Source: Lama guanicoe
Lineage: Eukaryota
Assembly (NCBI GenBank): GCA_013239625.1
Contig: MU057343.1
Span: 10,396,825-10,460,539 of the forward strand
Direction: 5' to 3'
Length of the DNA: 63,715 bases
The notes beneath the pieces are model-generated. The model worked only from the letters and a program-made list of their open reading frames with translations, ran no database searches and was not told the origin of the DNA. Position 1 is the stretch's first letter, and every line of letters begins with the position of its first letter. The position numbers and the translations under genes are program-made. Positions 62,681 through 63,715 of this stretch are shown here, one piece after another.

Positions 62681-63715
62681 CAAATGAAGAGAACTTTGTG
62701 TCCCCCCACCTCAGTTTCCCTTACAATAACGCCTGCCTCCTGGAGCGAGCAAGTCCCGGCTGGAACACAACAGCTAGAAATTGTCCTTCCTTTTTGGGAA
62801 CTTCTTCCTCTGTAGTGAAAAATGGAACCTCCCTGTCCCAGTTTCCCAGCCACCTCATGAGTTGACGAGCAATTGCTTTAACTCTGACAAAATTAGGCCA
62901 CCTCCAACCTAAATGGAGCCCGTTTTCTGAGTAAGACCCTGTGTAGAGACAGCTCTTTCCTGGAAGGATAACAAAAGCATGCTTTTGTGTGTATTTCACT
63001 TGATGGAAAGGAATCCCCAGTGAGGCCATTTTTTCCCCCTGAATTCTCCCAAGTCCAGAATGTATCCAAGTTTCCAAGATAATCTCAGAAGAGCCATTCA
63101 TCTATGAAGAGGGCCAAATTGTCTTCCAGCTCAGTAGACAGGGGCTGTCTGAGAGAGAATTTGAGGCGAGTGAGAACAGGGGTGTGGGAAGAGGGTGAGG
63201 GAGACAGAGCAAAGGAGTGAGACCTGCAAGGAGAAAGTTGATGTCGACAAATGCTGACGGGGAAAGGAAAGGAACCAAAGCACCAGCCCCGATTATGGGG
63301 TCCCCTCTGCCAGGGACGTTTTTAGCTGATGCTTTTAAGGACCTGTCCAGGTCTGCCTGGCGAGCTGTCACTTCTCATCACTTGGCTCTCACTGAGGGTC
63401 TTTGTGTCATCACTGTCATGAAGAGACCTGGCAACTGGCGAAGAATTTCCTGGGGCGCTACCTGATACACCATTATTTGCCTCTTATCATCTTAGCAGAG
63501 TAGTTATGCTGCTGTCAGAGGTAATGGAGACTATGCCACTAAGAAAATCGGCTGTAATTTATTTATCCGTTGTTTCTGCATACCACAAAAGCGGCCTTCT
63601 ACTTTATGGCTGGGTCTAAGGTATTTGAGAGCCCCCGAAGTTCATGGTTTTCCGGTATTCTAAGTTCTACTTATGGCCTTTCCTGTATATGACACACAAC
63701 ACCACCCTTGTGGCT

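Noticed and set aside
1-63715. Prokaryotic-type systems (CRISPR, operons, defence islands) and any named host gene
   Set aside because: The sequence is eutherian repeat-rich DNA; no regularly spaced repeats or recognisable coding exons were found

Overview
Mammalian genomic DNA, most likely from a camelid draft assembly. This rests on two camelid-type tRNA-derived SINEs, camelid/artiodactyl-type L1 3' ends, a Tigger1a_Art-like element and eight short N gaps. I cannot support any protein-coding gene, RNA gene or CRISPR array. The window looks intergenic or deep-intronic and is dominated by transposable-element fossils: L1 of several ages, L2, MIR, MLT1/LTR16/LTR33 LTRs, an ERVL internal fragment, and hAT and Tigger DNA elements. 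Between them lie repeat-poor stretches rich in homeodomain-type motifs. The outstanding feature is the only CpG island, at about 43170-43425. It lies entirely inside an ancient solo MLT1 (I/J/K-type) LTR that has become extremely CpG-rich. It carries a perfect 14-bp E-box palindrome flanked by two 12-bp direct repeats, two opposed YY1 motifs, and a splice donor just outside the LTR edge. This is a candidate exapted, possibly bidirectional or germline, promoter for an unannotated transcript. Repeat families were assigned from remembered consensus sequences, not a search. Subfamily names are tentative and boundaries are approximate unless TSDs or TIRs are quoted.
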